In this document: in pieces, positions 19,258-29,294 of the stretch
Position numbering within the stretch: position 1 is the first letter of the stretch
How the letters are laid out: every line of letters begins with the position of its first letter
Assembly: GCA_030645735.1 (NCBI GenBank)
Contig: JAUSNP010000003.1
Coordinates: 167,411-231,410, forward strand
Origin: Candidatus Moraniibacteriota bacterium
Lineage (GTDB): Bacteria > Patescibacteriota > Minisyncoccia > Moranbacterales > UBA2206
Direction: 5' to 3'
Length of the DNA: 64,000 nt
Position numbers and translations under genes: made by a program
Notes under the pieces: model-generated
What the model was told of the DNA's origin: nothing
Databases searched by the model: none
The model's input: the letters and a program-made list of their open reading frames with translations, nothing else

Positions 19258-19392
19258 ATTTGAAAAAATAAAAAAACAAGCCGATGCGAATCTACGAAAG
19301 TACACGAATCTACGAACCATTTTCGTATATTTCGTAGATTCGCATTGAATTCGTAGTTTCGAATCGGCATAATCTAGAAAGGTGGGTGTAAT

Positions 19393-19755
19393 ATGAAAAA
19401 TAAAATTAAAGCATTAGCTTCTGCTTCAGCATTGACGATGATGGCTTTGCCAGCTTTGGTTTCTGCAGCGCCAGCATTTCAAGCGCCTGCTGGAACCGGT
19501 TTGCCAGAAGGATCAATCACCGGAATCATCACTAACATTATGAACTGGCTTTTGATGCTAGTTGGAATCATCGGTGTGATTGGTTTCGCAATCTCTGGTA
19601 TTCTATATATGACAGCGGCTGGAGATGAAGGACGAATTGAACAAGCCAAATCTGCCATGATGTATTCCATTATTGGAGTTATCGTAGCAATTATTGGAGT
19701 TGTTGTTATCAAAGCGGCTCAAGGATTGTTGGGTGGATCAAACTCATCATTCTAA
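19393..19755 (+). CDS. Small pilin-like protein
   Basis: Signal peptide; GILYMTAAGDEGRIEQAK; strong RBS. Confidence 0.8.
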   Translation: MKNKIKALASASALTMMALPALVSAAPAFQAPAGTGLPEGSITGIITNIMNWLLMLVGIIGVIGFAISGILYMTAAGDEGRIEQAKSAMMYSIIGVIVAIIGVVVIKAAQGLLGGSNSSF

Positions 19756-19882
19756 CCGACATTTCTATACTAAAAAACGACCTGTGGATAACTGGTCGTT
19801 TTTTAATTTTTTAGACTAGAATTTTTTTTGAAAAGTGGTATAATATAAATAGTAAAATAAATTTTTAAATAAACAAAAAACA

Positions 19883-20332
19883 ATGATTAAAAAAATAAAA
19901 GTAGCGTTGTTGTTGGTGGCAGTATATTTTGTGGTGTCTCCCGTGAGTGCGTCTGCATATTCTTGCTTCCCAATCCCGCTCCCTGGTTGCACAACTCCTG
20001 GTTTGCCCGGCGTAGATTTCGGTGGTTCTGGTGGTGGAATAAATGGTGGATGGTCGACAGGCAATGTTTCTGGCTATGGCCTGCCAGAAGGCTCAATCAC
20101 AGGTATCATTGAAAACATTTTAGTGTGGCTGTTGATGATGTTTGGAATCATCGGCATAATTGGGTTTGTAATCTCAGGACTCATGTATGTTTTAGCAGCT
20201 GGTGATGAAAAAACGATTGAGAAAGCTAAATCAGCTATGAAAAATTCAGCCATCGGTGTGATTGTTGGAATTTCCGGTTTTGTGATTATCAAAGCAGTCG
20301 ACACCATTCTCAACGCTTATAGCGGAGTTTAA
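19883..20332 (+). CDS. Pilin-like protein (paralog of 19393-19755)
   Basis: Shares GLPEGSITGII; GLMYVLAAGDEKTIEKAK. Confidence 0.8.
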   Translation: MIKKIKVALLLVAVYFVVSPVSASAYSCFPIPLPGCTTPGLPGVDFGGSGGGINGGWSTGNVSGYGLPEGSITGIIENILVWLLMMFGIIGIIGFVISGLMYVLAAGDEKTIEKAKSAMKNSAIGVIVGISGFVIIKAVDTILNAYSGV

Positions 20333-20351
20333 TATTTTTTTAAATAAAAAA

Positions 20352-21314
20352 GTGAAAATAAAAATCATTATTTTTTTAGCAGTAATTGCCATTGTATTTT
20401 TTGGTAAGCCTGATAGTACTCACGCCTCGAATTGTTCAGGTAGATGCGGGTTGATGTGTACAGTAAATGAAAATGTGTCATCGGATGCTTTTGAATATTG
20501 TGACGCTGCTGGAGAGCAGTGTTGCAAACCCAAACCAGAATGTGATCCAACAATGCCTGGTTGTGGTGGCACAACATCAGCTAAAGCGCCAGCGACCGTG
20601 GGCAACGCTTGTGGAGGAACGCCAGATTCTTTTTGCGAAGCTGGATCATTTTTTTGCTCAACTGGCAGAACGCGTGATTTTACAAAAGGAAGTGTATCTT
20701 GCGTGAGCGGATCTATATGTTGTAAGAACGATGTGAAGACAGGAACATCATCAACATATTCAACAACGGCCAACTCAAGTGCTAATTATCTTAATGAAGG
20801 TGATGCATGTGGAGCATCTGCCACTAGTTCTAAGATATGTAATACAACATTAAGGTTGTCTTGCGTATGTGGCACAGACGCCTCAGTCGCAGCCGCTTGT
20901 CGTTGTCAAAAAAGTTCTGGAGGCGGAACATCTGGTTTGACTTCTGAAAACAAATCTGGTGGCGGAACATCTGGTTTAACTCCTGAGGCTAATCAATATG
21001 ACTCTCCCGCGCTAACTCAGGCAGATTTTGATACAATCGCTGGACAAACTGGCTTGCCTGCTCCAGTTGGTGGTATTAAAAGTATCTTGAAAAATTTATT
21101 GATTTGGTTATTGGAAATTGTGGGTGTAGTTGCTTTGATTGGCTTTGTGATTGCTGGCACTCAATATATTTTGGCTTCGGGCGATGAAAAATTAGCCGAA
21201 GCAGGCAAAAAGAATATGACTTATGCAATTATCGGGATGGTGGTGGTGTTGTCATCGTTTGTGGTTATTAAAGCGATTGATTATGCTCTGCGAGCTAGCT
21301 CCTCGGCATTTTAG
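20352..21314 (+). CDS. Cys-rich protein with C-terminal pilin-like domain
   Basis: GTG start; Cys-rich N-terminal half; GTQYILASGDEKLAEAGKK; 39-bp-period tandem duplication at 20916-20986. Confidence 0.75.
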   Translation: MKIKIIIFLAVIAIVFFGKPDSTHASNCSGRCGLMCTVNENVSSDAFEYCDAAGEQCCKPKPECDPTMPGCGGTTSAKAPATVGNACGGTPDSFCEAGSFFCSTGRTRDFTKGSVSCVSGSICCKNDVKTGTSSTYSTTANSSANYLNEGDACGASATSSKICNTTLRLSCVCGTDASVAAACRCQKSSGGGTSGLTSENKSGGGTSGLTPEANQYDSPALTQADFDTIAGQTGLPAPVGGIKSILKNLLIWLLEIVGVVALIGFVIAGTQYILASGDEKLAEAGKKNMTYAIIGMVVVLSSFVVIKAIDYALRASSSAF

Positions 21315-21384
21315 ATATTTTTAGAAAATTAAAAAAGGCGCCTCCCATGAATCTGGGTTGCGCCTTTTTTGAAGCCATCGGATC

Positions 21385-22638
21385 TCAACCGATAAACTTC
21401 ATGCGGAAAGCTATGGTGTTAGCATTTCCGTTTAAATTCCATGATCCAGTGGCCTCACGGTCTGAAAGAGGCTGAACTGAAACAACGCCTTTGCCATTAA
21501 ACGGATCGGACAATGTGCCCTCGTAGTGATTGTTTACTACGGATCCATCGAATGTTGTTCCAGTTTTTTTGCCTACGATGTGAATGGTTGTATCGGCTTT
21601 CTGCACAACCATGTCTTCACCCACTGCCTCGTCATCGACTATACAGCTGAGATGCCAAAGTCCTAAGCGCATGGTAGGCAGGGCTGCTACTTCCACTGGC
21701 TTTTCAGCTGGCGGAATGGCTTGCACATAGGTCGTGTTGTACACGATCGTTTGCGCGGGGGCAGGAGTGACCACGTCAGGCGCAGCTTTCGCTTCGACCT
21801 GTTTGGTCTCGGGAATCAGGCTCACGATGGTGTTGGAAACTTCCGTGAGCTTCACCGCAGCTTTCGCTGGTAAAGTCTGACTGTCGCGCTCAGCCCGGGC
21901 GGCTTTCAGAAAAGCCAGTTCCTTGGGAGTGAGTTCCTCGCCAGCTTCAACCTTGTCTTGGAGTTTCGCGATGATTTCTGCATTCTTCTTGTCGCGAGTA
22001 TCAGCCTGAGCTTTATCCAGATTGAGAATGGCCTTTTCAGTCCGTCTAATCTGGAAGCTCATTTCCTTGCCAGTCAACCAATAGTACATCGGCTGGCTAA
22101 CCAGAGAGAGAAGATTGATACTTAGCAGGATAACTGCCGAGCAGGTCACAACTTTCCGCCAGATACTTCTTTCACTGATGGCGGAGAAAATTGTGATGGT
22201 GGAGATGATGGCAAATACTGCCATCGGATTGACTCCCGCAGGAACACCCCCGAGATACATGAAGGGGATGTTGATCCAAGCAACTATCAGCCAGACATTT
22301 TTCTTGTACTGTGACCAGATCGTATGTTGGGGGTCAGTTGGTGGAAGGTAGCGCGCTTGCGCTATGTTGGAAATTCCCGTGATTGCCAGTACTTCTGGTG
22401 AAAATGCGATTACCAAGAAAACCATTGTGAGCAGTAGCCCGAATACATACGGGACATAGCCGAGCCAGGAGCTCCAATCCCATCGGCTAACGCCGATGTT
22501 CAGGAGATAGCTGATAAGCAATGCCGGAAGCATTACAATCAGCATGAATCTGACGAGACGATCGTAGGCAATCCGTATTTGACTAACGGTTGCACCAGTA
22601 AAACCAATTGAAGCAATGATAAAACGGAAAATGTTCAT
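21385..22638 (-). CDS. Hypothetical multi-pass membrane protein with soluble C-terminal domain
   Basis: 417-aa ORF, several hydrophobic segments, GGAGG RBS. Confidence 0.75.
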   Translation of the reverse strand: MNIFRFIIASIGFTGATVSQIRIAYDRLVRFMLIVMLPALLISYLLNIGVSRWDWSSWLGYVPYVFGLLLTMVFLVIAFSPEVLAITGISNIAQARYLPPTDPQHTIWSQYKKNVWLIVAWINIPFMYLGGVPAGVNPMAVFAIISTITIFSAISERSIWRKVVTCSAVILLSINLLSLVSQPMYYWLTGKEMSFQIRRTEKAILNLDKAQADTRDKKNAEIIAKLQDKVEAGEELTPKELAFLKAARAERDSQTLPAKAAVKLTEVSNTIVSLIPETKQVEAKAAPDVVTPAPAQTIVYNTTYVQAIPPAEKPVEVAALPTMRLGLWHLSCIVDDEAVGEDMVVQKADTTIHIVGKKTGTTFDGSVVNNHYEGTLSDPFNGKGVVSVQPLSDREATGSWNLNGNANTIAFRMKFIG

Positions 22639-22649
22639 GCGACTGCCTC

Positions 22650-23333
22650 CTAGCAGAAGATTTTTTCGAGAATTCCACCAAGCCAGTTGCCGAAGATACC
22701 TCGGAGGTGGCCCTGATGTTTTGGCATTGAAGTTGTTGTAGTATTAATTTCATCAGCCCATACGCCAAGTTTTGCATCGAAAAGCAAGCACTTTTCTTTG
22801 GCAAAATCAATAACTTCTTGCTGATGATTTTGCAACCACTCCAAACCTTCATGCCATTTCTGAGCCATCTTTGCGGATATTGCATCCGCATTGATGAGAT
22901 TGCCCATGATGCATTGACGCTTGGCTTCATCGATACCGACAGTGGTGATTGTGCCAGAAAGGCACTTCAAGAAAGCAACTGCACGAGACTCAGTCTCGAT
23001 GGTTGTTGTATCCTTGCCACCTTTTCCACTGCCAGGAACAGTTTTTTTCACTTCGCGTTTGGGCATGCCAATGATGACATAGCGAAAGCTGTTTCTTTCG
23101 TGTTTTGCGATAGACCCAAGAAAATCCGTAATGTTTTTTTGTTCGACCGCGTCCAATGCCGGCCAAATGTCTGCCCAGACTCTTTCATCTTCATAGGACA
23201 GTCCAAGAAACATTGGCAGCTTTTCTTTGAGACTCGGCGGTGCCTTGTCAAGCAACGAATGAGCCGTGTTGTAGGCCATAAGTAGCCATTCAATAGCTTC
23301 AGTAATGCCTTTAAACGCAGTCATGCTAACCAT
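22650..23333 (-). CDS. Hypothetical protein
   Basis: 227-aa ORF with AAGGAG RBS, co-oriented with 21385-22638. Confidence 0.7.
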   Translation of the reverse strand: MVSMTAFKGITEAIEWLLMAYNTAHSLLDKAPPSLKEKLPMFLGLSYEDERVWADIWPALDAVEQKNITDFLGSIAKHERNSFRYVIIGMPKREVKKTVPGSGKGGKDTTTIETESRAVAFLKCLSGTITTVGIDEAKRQCIMGNLINADAISAKMAQKWHEGLEWLQNHQQEVIDFAKEKCLLFDAKLGVWADEINTTTTSMPKHQGHLRGIFGNWLGGILEKIFC

Positions 23334-23525
23334 AGGGTTATCTCCTTGCAGTGTTTGTGATATTAAATTTTCAAGGTGCTAGCCACGACGGCCAGTCACC
23401 AGTTCTTTACTGATAACTATAAATCTTAGCATAAATTGGGGTGGAAGTCAAGAGTAGGGAGGTTTTTGGCTCAAGAAAGCCTTGTTTTGGGAGAAGGATT
23501 TTTGATTGTTAAACAATAAGACGGA

Positions 23526-23708
23526 TAGGACAAATAGGACTGATGGAAATGGCAAACCCTCCGATTCTGGTTAGATTGACAAGTCGGGAAATTCTGCTAT
23601 ACTGAGAAAGTACTGAGTGAAGAGTGATTGGTCCGCGAGAGCGGGTCATTTTTTTTAAGAAACTAACTAAACAAGAGGACCATTAGGACAAATAGGACTG
23701 ATGGAAAT
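23526..23708. repeat. 25-bp exact direct repeat (23526-23550, 23684-23708) bracketing the nusA promoter/leader
   Basis: TAGGACAAATAGGACTGATGGAAAT twice; TTGACA...TATACT promoter between them. Confidence 0.8.
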
Positions 23709-23719
23709 CGTAAAAAAAC

Positions 23720-24961
23720 ATGGCTAAGAAAAAAGTAGCAAAAGAGGAAGAAGCGGAGTCAGGACGATTGGGAGACTTCGGCAGTGCAATTTCTGCATTG
23801 TGTGAAGAAAAAGGAATTTCTAAAGAAAAAGTTGTCGAGACAATTGAAGCAGCTTTGGCTGCAGCGTACAAAAAAGACTATGGCAAAAAAGGTCAGAACA
23901 TCAAAGCAGTTTTCAACGACAAGACTGGTGGAGCTGATTTCTTTTTGGTGAAAGAAGTTGTCGATGAGACAAATCGTGAATTTGTGGAAGAAGTGGAGGG
24001 CGGCGCTGAAGAGGAGGTCAAGGGGGTGAAGGAGGAAAAGGTAGCGGAAGATGGGGAAGAAAGATTGCCAAGATACAATTCTGAGCGTGATTTGACAGTG
24101 GAAGAAGCCAAGGCAATCAAGAAAGGTGCTAAAGTCGGTGATGTAATTGAAATTGAATTGGAGAAACATCAAGACTATGGACGAGTAGCGGCACAAACTG
24201 CTAAACAAGTGATCATTCAAAGAATTCGGGAAGCGGAAAGAGATTCAATGTTTGAAGAATATAAGAATCGCGAAGGTGAAATCATTGGTGGTGTGGTGCA
24301 ACGGGTGGAAGGTCGCAATGTTTTCATTGATCTTGGAAAATCAGTGGGCGTTCTTTTCCCATCTGAACAAGCACCAAATGAAAATTATCGCATTGGACAA
24401 AGACTGAAAGTATATTTGGCAAAAGTTGAGGCTGGCTCAAAAGGACCTGGCATCACTTTGAGTCGTATTCATGGTGAAATGGTGCGTCGCTTGTTTGAAT
24501 TGGAAGTGCCAGAAATTTTTGCGGGCACAGTTGAAATCAAATCAATTGCGCGAGAAGCAGGAGAGCGAACTAAGCTTGCCGTGTTCTCAAGTGAAGATGG
24601 TATTGATCCAATTGGGTCTTGCGTCGGACAAAAGGGAACTCGTGTACAAGCAGTGATCGATGAATTGGGTGGAGAAAAAATTGACATCATTTTGTGGAAT
24701 GAGGATATCGCTAAATTTATTGCTGCAGCCTTGTCACCAGCTAAGGTTTTGAAAGTTGAAGTTAATGAAGAAACAAAAGAAGCTTCAGTGTCTGTGCCAG
24801 ATGATCAATTGTCATTGGCAATTGGCAAGCGTGGGCAGAATGTGCGTTTGGCTGCCAAATTGACTGGTTGGAAAATTGATATTGTGGGTATCAAGCCAGC
24901 TGGAGAAGTTGTGGCGGAAGAAGCGGAAGTTGCAACAACTGAAGAAGTTTCTGCGGAATAA
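23720..24961 (+). CDS. nusA: Transcription termination/antitermination factor NusA
   Basis: GRVAAQTAKQVI.QRIREAER, IAREAGERTK, AIGKRGQNVRLA. Confidence 0.97.
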   Translation: MAKKKVAKEEEAESGRLGDFGSAISALCEEKGISKEKVVETIEAALAAAYKKDYGKKGQNIKAVFNDKTGGADFFLVKEVVDETNREFVEEVEGGAEEEVKGVKEEKVAEDGEERLPRYNSERDLTVEEAKAIKKGAKVGDVIEIELEKHQDYGRVAAQTAKQVIIQRIREAERDSMFEEYKNREGEIIGGVVQRVEGRNVFIDLGKSVGVLFPSEQAPNENYRIGQRLKVYLAKVEAGSKGPGITLSRIHGEMVRRLFELEVPEIFAGTVEIKSIAREAGERTKLAVFSSEDGIDPIGSCVGQKGTRVQAVIDELGGEKIDIILWNEDIAKFIAAALSPAKVLKVEVNEETKEASVSVPDDQLSLAIGKRGQNVRLAAKLTGWKIDIVGIKPAGEVVAEEAEVATTEEVSAE

Positions 24962-24987
24962 TAACTACTTTTATTTTAAAATAAAAT

Positions 24988-25914
24988 ATGAGCAAAATAA
25001 TTATTGTTGGACACAAAAATCCAGATACGGATTCAATTATCTCAGCCATTGCAGCACAAGAATTGTTTTCTAAACTTGGCTTTGAAGCTCAAGCGCGACG
25101 AGCAGGTGAGGCGAACAATGAAACGAAGTTTATTTTAGAAAAACTGGGAGTTGCAATGCCAGAATTGGCCAGTTCACTAAACGATGATGAAGCAGTCGTG
25201 CTAGTTGATCACAATGAAGAGTCACAATCATTTGATCAGATTGATTATACTAAAGTGCGTTATGTGATAGATCATCACAAGATGTCTATTAAAACCGATG
25301 GACCAATTTTTTGTCGCATCGAACCGATTGGCAGTACTTCTTCTTTGATTGCCAAAATGTTTTTTGAGAAAAAAATAGAAATCTCGGAAATAGTTGCGCA
25401 AATGTTGATGGCTGGAATTTTGTCTGACACCTTGAATCTGACTTCACCAACGACAACTACTGATGACAAGATTTTGTTAGAAGAGTTGAATGCGGTAGCT
25501 AAGATTGATGCGGAAAATTTTGTGGCAGAAATGTTCAAGGCCAAATCAAGTCTGGAGGGAATTTCAGTTGAAGACATCATCCGTATTGATTATAAGACTT
25601 TTGAGATGGGCAGTAATAATGTGGGCGTAGGAACTTGGGAAACAACAATGCCAGAAAGCGTGAATGAAAAAAAGTCAGAAATTATCCAGGCGCTTATAAA
25701 TGAGAAGATAGCCGCTAAATTGGATTACATCTTCTTTATGGTAGTGGATATTTTGAAACAGAATTGCCAATTATATTTGGTAGGAGAAAAAGAGATTGAA
25801 TTAGCTGCGCGAGTTTTTGGTGGAGAACTAGGTGAACAGGAAATGTTGTTGCCTGGCGTAGTTTCCCGCAAAAAACAAATTGTGCCACAGTTGACTGAAG
25901 CGCTGAGTAAATAA
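24988..25914 (+). CDS. ppaC: Mn-dependent inorganic pyrophosphatase (family II)
   Basis: GHKNPDTDS, LVDHNE, IDHH, GVVSRKKQ. Confidence 0.95.
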   Translation: MSKIIIVGHKNPDTDSIISAIAAQELFSKLGFEAQARRAGEANNETKFILEKLGVAMPELASSLNDDEAVVLVDHNEESQSFDQIDYTKVRYVIDHHKMSIKTDGPIFCRIEPIGSTSSLIAKMFFEKKIEISEIVAQMLMAGILSDTLNLTSPTTTTDDKILLEELNAVAKIDAENFVAEMFKAKSSLEGISVEDIIRIDYKTFEMGSNNVGVGTWETTMPESVNEKKSEIIQALINEKIAAKLDYIFFMVVDILKQNCQLYLVGEKEIELAARVFGGELGEQEMLLPGVVSRKKQIVPQLTEALSK

Positions 25915-25928
25915 TTTAAATTTTTTTA

Positions 25929-26075
25929 GACGAAGCATTTATTAATTTTTTTCGGAATAAACTCGGAAGTTTGTTTTGTAGCTAAAATTTTTCCTCTATA
26001 TTGTGCTGATGAAAATTTTAGACAAAAGAAACGTCCTCAAACAGGAATTCCTCAAAAATCAATAAAAGCTTCGTT
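25929..26075. repeat. Long imperfect palindrome (MITE/REP-like) between ppaC and tig
   Basis: GACGAAGCATTTATT...AATAAAAGCTTCGTT termini; inner CTAAAATTTT/AAAATTTTAG stem. Confidence 0.6.
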
Positions 26076-26086
26076 GCATAATAACA

Positions 26087-27370
26087 ATGATAAAAAAACT
26101 ACCAAAATCTCAAGTTGAATTTGAAGTGACCATCGCTTGGTCGGATTGGGAAAAATATTTAGACAAAGCAGCGGCCGAAGTGTCAGAGGAAATTAAGATT
26201 GCCGGCTTTCGTCCCGGCAAAGCTCCAAGAAAAATAGTAGAACAAAAAGTTGGCGTTGGCGTGTTGTTGAACAATGCCGCTGAAAAAGCCGTGCAAAAAA
26301 GCTATGTTGATTTCATCGTGAAAGAAAAGCTGGATGTAATTGGTGCTCCAGCTGTTGAAATCGAAGAAATTGCAACTGGTAAAGATTTGGTTTTCAAAGT
26401 GAAGGTGGCCGTGGTGCCAACAGCTGAGCTCAAAGAAGACTATAAAAAAGCCATCAAAAAAATCAACGCTGAATTTGCTGAGAAAAAAACTGATGCTACC
26501 GAAGAAGAAATTGCCAAAGAGCTTGAGCATATTGCCAATAGTCGAGTGAAGTTGGTGACGGTGGCGCGAGAAATTGCCAAGGATGATAGCACGGAAATCG
26601 ATTTCACGGTTTTGGTGGATGGCGTGCCGATTGAAGGTGGAACTAGCAAGAAACATCCATTGGTAATTGGCAAGGGAGTTTTCATTCCTGGTTTTGAAGA
26701 AAACTTGATCGGCATGAAAGAGGGCGAGGAGAAAGAATTTGAATTGAAATTTCCAGCTGAATATCACAAAAAAGATTTGGCTGGCAAGATGGCAACTTTC
26801 AAAGTGAAAGTTGGCATAGTGCAAGCAAGACAGACCCCAGAAATTAATGATGAGTTTGCAAAATCATTGGGAGATTTTGAAAATCTAGATGCTTTGAAGA
26901 AAAATTTGAAAGAAGGCATTGAAGAGGAAAACGCTCACAAGACGAGTGAAGAAAAAAGAACTCAATTTTTAGAAAAAATTGTGGATAGTCTGAAAGTTGA
27001 ATTGCCAGAAATCATGATTCAAGAGGAGACACAAAAAATGTTGCTTGAATTTGATCAACAAACTCAGTCCATGGGCATGAACATTGATCAATATTTGGCG
27101 CAACTTAAAAAGGAAAAGAAAGACCTGGAAAAAGATTGGGCGCCACAAGCGGAAAAAAGAGTGAAATCTGCTTTGGCCTTGCGAGAGATTGTGAAGATGG
27201 AGGAAATCAAGGTTGATGCAGCTGAAATTGAAGTAGAAATGAATAAGACCGTACAATACTATAAGAATGTGAAAGACTTCGATAAAAATATTGATATGGA
27301 AAGACTATATTCATACACTAAAGGTATTTTAGAAAATGAAGAAGTTTTCAAGATGCTAGAGAAAATTTAA
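26087..27370 (+). CDS. tig: Trigger factor
   Basis: GFRPGKAP signature; FIPGFEENLIGMK. Confidence 0.96.
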   Translation: MIKKLPKSQVEFEVTIAWSDWEKYLDKAAAEVSEEIKIAGFRPGKAPRKIVEQKVGVGVLLNNAAEKAVQKSYVDFIVKEKLDVIGAPAVEIEEIATGKDLVFKVKVAVVPTAELKEDYKKAIKKINAEFAEKKTDATEEEIAKELEHIANSRVKLVTVAREIAKDDSTEIDFTVLVDGVPIEGGTSKKHPLVIGKGVFIPGFEENLIGMKEGEEKEFELKFPAEYHKKDLAGKMATFKVKVGIVQARQTPEINDEFAKSLGDFENLDALKKNLKEGIEEENAHKTSEEKRTQFLEKIVDSLKVELPEIMIQEETQKMLLEFDQQTQSMGMNIDQYLAQLKKEKKDLEKDWAPQAEKRVKSALALREIVKMEEIKVDAAEIEVEMNKTVQYYKNVKDFDKNIDMERLYSYTKGILENEEVFKMLEKI

Positions 27371-27387
27371 TCTCACTTTGCAGAAAC

Positions 27388-27418
27388 AAAAAGCTCACTG
27401 TGTCCCAGTGAGCTTTTT
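27388..27418. terminator. Bidirectional intrinsic terminator between tig and gpmI
   Basis: AAAAAGCTCACTG-TGTCC-CAGTGAGCTTTTT. Confidence 0.8.
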
Positions 27419-27429
27419 AAATTTCTAAT

Positions 27430-28986
27430 TTATTTAAGTAATGATAGGAGGCTTTCTCCCGTCATCTCTTCTGGCTTTGCAATTTCCATCAGATCCAAGA
27501 CTGTTGGCGCAATGTCACTCAAAAGTCCTTGCGGGTCACTTTCTTTTTTGTTAGCTTGCGTGTGATGATTTTCGCTGGTGATAAACCAAAGCGGAACGGG
27601 GTTGGTTGAATGTTCTGTATTGATTTCTCCAGTCAGACTGCTAGTGATTTCCTCAGCATTGCCATGGTCGGCGGTGATGAGAATAGCGCCTTTTTTCAGG
27701 AGCACTGCAGGAATCAATCTTTCCAAACATTTGTCGATGGCTTCAACGGCTTTGATGGCGGCTGCTTCTTTGCCAGTGTGGCCAACAATGTCTGCATTGG
27801 CATAGTTAATTAGGATGAAATCATATTTTTCTTTTTCAACAACATCAATAACTTTGTCAGTTATTTCTTCGGCGCTCATTTCTGGTGCCAAATCAAAGCT
27901 GGCGACATTTTTGGAGGGAATGATGAGTCGATCTTCTTTTGGAAAAGCGTCTTCCTGTCCGCCATTGAAGAAATAGGTTACATGGGCGAATTTTTCTGTT
28001 TCCGAAATGCGCAGTTGGGATTTATTTTTTTGGCTAATTAGTTTGCCAAGGCAATTAGTTATTTTGATCGGTTCAAAAGCCACACTCACTGGCAAGCCAT
28101 CTTCATATTGGGTCATGGTGACAAAATCAATATTTTTCAAAGCTGTTTTTTTGAATTTCATAAAGCCAGGCAGAACAAACGCTTTGGTAATTTGTCTGGC
28201 GCGATCTTCGCGGAAGTTGAAAAAAATTATGGAATCGTTATCTTTGATATTTCCAACGGGCACTCCTTTTTCAGTGACAACTGCGGGTTCAATATATTCA
28301 TCAAAAACATCTTTGGCATAGGAAGCTTTGAGATATTTAACTGGGTCAGCGATTTGCTCGCCTTTTCCAAGCACCATGGCTTCATAGGCTTTTTGAATGC
28401 GATCCCAATTATTATTTCTATCCATGCCGAAATAGCGACCGCCGATAGTCGCAATTTTGCCAACGCCATAGCTGTCCAATTTTTTCTGAAGTTCACCCAT
28501 CGATTGTGCAGCAGAATCTGGCGCGCAATCCCGACCATCTGTGAAGATATGCAAGAATACATTCTTAACTTGTTGGTCGCGAGCCAATTCTAGAAGTGCA
28601 TAGAGATGATCAGTGTGTGAATGCACAGCGCCCTTGCCAACTAAGCCCATCAAATGCAAAGCGCCATTGTTGGCGTTGGCATTGCTCATGGCTTTCAAAA
28701 AACTTTTGTGTTTGTAAAACTCGCCATTTTGGATTTCCATGGCGATGCGTGGCAAACTCTGGTAAATTATTTTGCCAGTGCCGATGGTTGTGTGTCCAAC
28801 TTCCGAGTTGCCAGGCTCTCCCCAAGGCAGTCCAACTGAAATGCCTGAAGCTTGCAGACTAGTACGGGGATAGAAATCATTTAATTTGTTTATTGTTGGC
28901 AAGGTAGCGGCAGCGATAGCGTTGCCTTTGTCAGTCTTACCAATGCCCCAACCATCGAGAATTATAAGAATTACTGGTTTGTACAT
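27430..28986 (-). CDS. gpmI: 2,3-bisphosphoglycerate-independent phosphoglycerate mutase
   Basis: LDGWG, GNSEVGH, DGRD, ETEKFAHVT, TADHGNAE. Confidence 0.96.
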   Translation of the reverse strand: MYKPVILIILDGWGIGKTDKGNAIAAATLPTINKLNDFYPRTSLQASGISVGLPWGEPGNSEVGHTTIGTGKIIYQSLPRIAMEIQNGEFYKHKSFLKAMSNANANNGALHLMGLVGKGAVHSHTDHLYALLELARDQQVKNVFLHIFTDGRDCAPDSAAQSMGELQKKLDSYGVGKIATIGGRYFGMDRNNNWDRIQKAYEAMVLGKGEQIADPVKYLKASYAKDVFDEYIEPAVVTEKGVPVGNIKDNDSIIFFNFREDRARQITKAFVLPGFMKFKKTALKNIDFVTMTQYEDGLPVSVAFEPIKITNCLGKLISQKNKSQLRISETEKFAHVTYFFNGGQEDAFPKEDRLIIPSKNVASFDLAPEMSAEEITDKVIDVVEKEKYDFILINYANADIVGHTGKEAAAIKAVEAIDKCLERLIPAVLLKKGAILITADHGNAEEITSSLTGEINTEHSTNPVPLWFITSENHHTQANKKESDPQGLLSDIAPTVLDLMEIAKPEEMTGESLLSLLK

Positions 28987-29294
28987 ATTTTTTTGTTTAT
29001 TTTGTATTTATATATAAGAATAATATCATTTTAGATTGTCTTTGACAAAAAGTCTTATTTGTAATAAGATTTTACTTGTATCCTCACATTTTTTATTCCG
29101 AGTTAAAAAGAGATATTTGGGCGAAATTCGCACAATTTATCTAGGGATAATGGCTTAGGAGGCGCAAATATAATAAATTGTTTAAAATGATTTATTTGCT
29201 TGATAAATTAAGTATAATAAGTAAGTATCGCTTTACTAACATATAAAAATGATCGTTACTAACACTATTTATCAACTGAATAGAGGAAAATACC

